This document shows, piece after piece, positions 13,943 through 14,478 of a DNA stretch of 14,478 bases. Origin of the DNA: Candidatus Iainarchaeum sp. GTDB lineage: Archaea; Iainarchaeota; Iainarchaeia; Iainarchaeales; 0-14-0-20-34-12. The stretch is taken from assembly GCA_030649345.1 (NCBI GenBank), contig JAUSKK010000039.1, forward strand, positions 1-14,478. The letters are read 5' to 3'. A program made the translations under genes and the position numbers. Within the stretch, counting starts at the first letter, position 1. Each line of letters starts with the position of its first letter. A model generated the notes under the pieces. That model saw only the letters and a program-made list of their open reading frames with translations. It did not search any database and was not told the DNA's origin.

Positions 13943-14455
13943 CTATTTTTTATAATTTTTCTTTAAATAGTTTTTCACATTTTCTTTGAATTGTTTTAAT
14001 TGATTAGTGGGAATGCCTCCAGCTGCTGCAGGAATATGGCCGCCGGCACTGGATTCAGGAATGCCTTGAATGCTTTGTTCTAACAAGTCATTCATTTTGA
14101 CTTTAAAGTCTTGCCTGCGGGCAGAAAAATGGGTTCTTTCATTCCAAGATTCTAAAATAATCAATGTTTTATTGGGATTTAGCAAAGAAATTTTATTGGC
14201 TATTGCGCTTTTAATATTGTAATCTGATTCTAAGTTATAAAAAATTAAATCCAAGTCATTGAAAATTTCTGTATTTTTTTCAAATTCCTGCATTAAACGC
14301 TGGAGTTCTTTTCGCAATTGATCCAAACAAACACTATACTTTGAATCAGCTAAAGCAAAAATTGTTTTTTCTTTCAATAAAAAAGAATACAAGTCATTAA
14401 ATTTTTTGGACTGTACTGTTTCTACTGCTGAAATAATTTCCTGCAAATTTTTCAA
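13943..14455 (-). CDS. Hypothetical protein, at least 170 aa (5' end uncertain)
   Basis: The track start at 14455 is a TTG. The frame stays open to the window edge (upstream reads ..FKLSLDE), so the gene may begin outside the window. It ends 6 nt before the 463-aa gene, which is operon-like. Confidence 0.5.
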   Translation of the reverse strand: MKNLQEIISAVETVQSKKFNDLYSFLLKEKTIFALADSKYSVCLDQLRKELQRLMQEFEKNTEIFNDLDLIFYNLESDYNIKSAIANKISLLNPNKTLIILESWNERTHFSARRQDFKVKMNDLLEQSIQGIPESSAGGHIPAAAGGIPTNQLKQFKENVKNYLKKNYKK

Positions 14456-14478
14456 TTCATCTAAACTTAGTTTAAATT

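Noticed and set aside
1-14478. Integrase, transposase, reverse transcriptase, Cas, restriction-modification or other known defence/mobile-element genes
   Set aside because: None of the translated ORFs shows the hallmark motifs I can recognise by eye: no R-H-R-Y recombinase layout, no DDE, no YxDD, no nuclease/helicase P-loops. Any mobile-element interpretation of the tRNA-Leu repeats therefore rests on the repeats alone.

Overview
This is an AT-rich, gene-dense window that reads as a small-genome archaeon; a DPANN-like lineage is my inference. The evidence is an archaeal single-domain Taw1/TYW1 radical-SAM enzyme, two class-II tRNA genes (Leu-CAA, Ser-GCU) with long anticodon-loop introns and no encoded CCA, and short A/T-rich TATA-like spacers in front of apparently leaderless genes. 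The recognisable genes are a ferredoxin-like C-terminal fragment, a DUF59/SufT-like Fe-S assembly protein, an SdpI/DUF1648 membrane protein, an FTR1 iron permease (two REXXE motifs), an ASCH/DUF3850 protein, Taw1, a divergent HAM1/ITPase, and a P2-type (Ca2+-like) P-type ATPase. Roughly half of the coding capacity is orphan proteins (476, 153, about 208, 324, 126, 116, 89, 463 and 170 aa), and several have Arg/Lys/Pro-rich N-termini. I see no CRISPR array, transposase, integrase, reverse transcriptase or known defence system. The most unusual signal is RNA-level and sits at the two tRNA loci. At tRNA-Leu there is a perfect 69-bp duplication of the 3' end plus trailer, flanking a decayed second intron/3'-exon cassette and tandem palindromes, and the intron itself is about 95 nt and highly structured. 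Directly behind tRNA-Ser there is a 75-nt tRNA-sized three-way-junction element. The best protein-level candidate is a two-gene operon: a standalone EF-Tu-domain-2-like barrel plus a 324-aa helical orphan. All calls come from reading the sequence and ORF translations by eye; no searches or folding programs were run.
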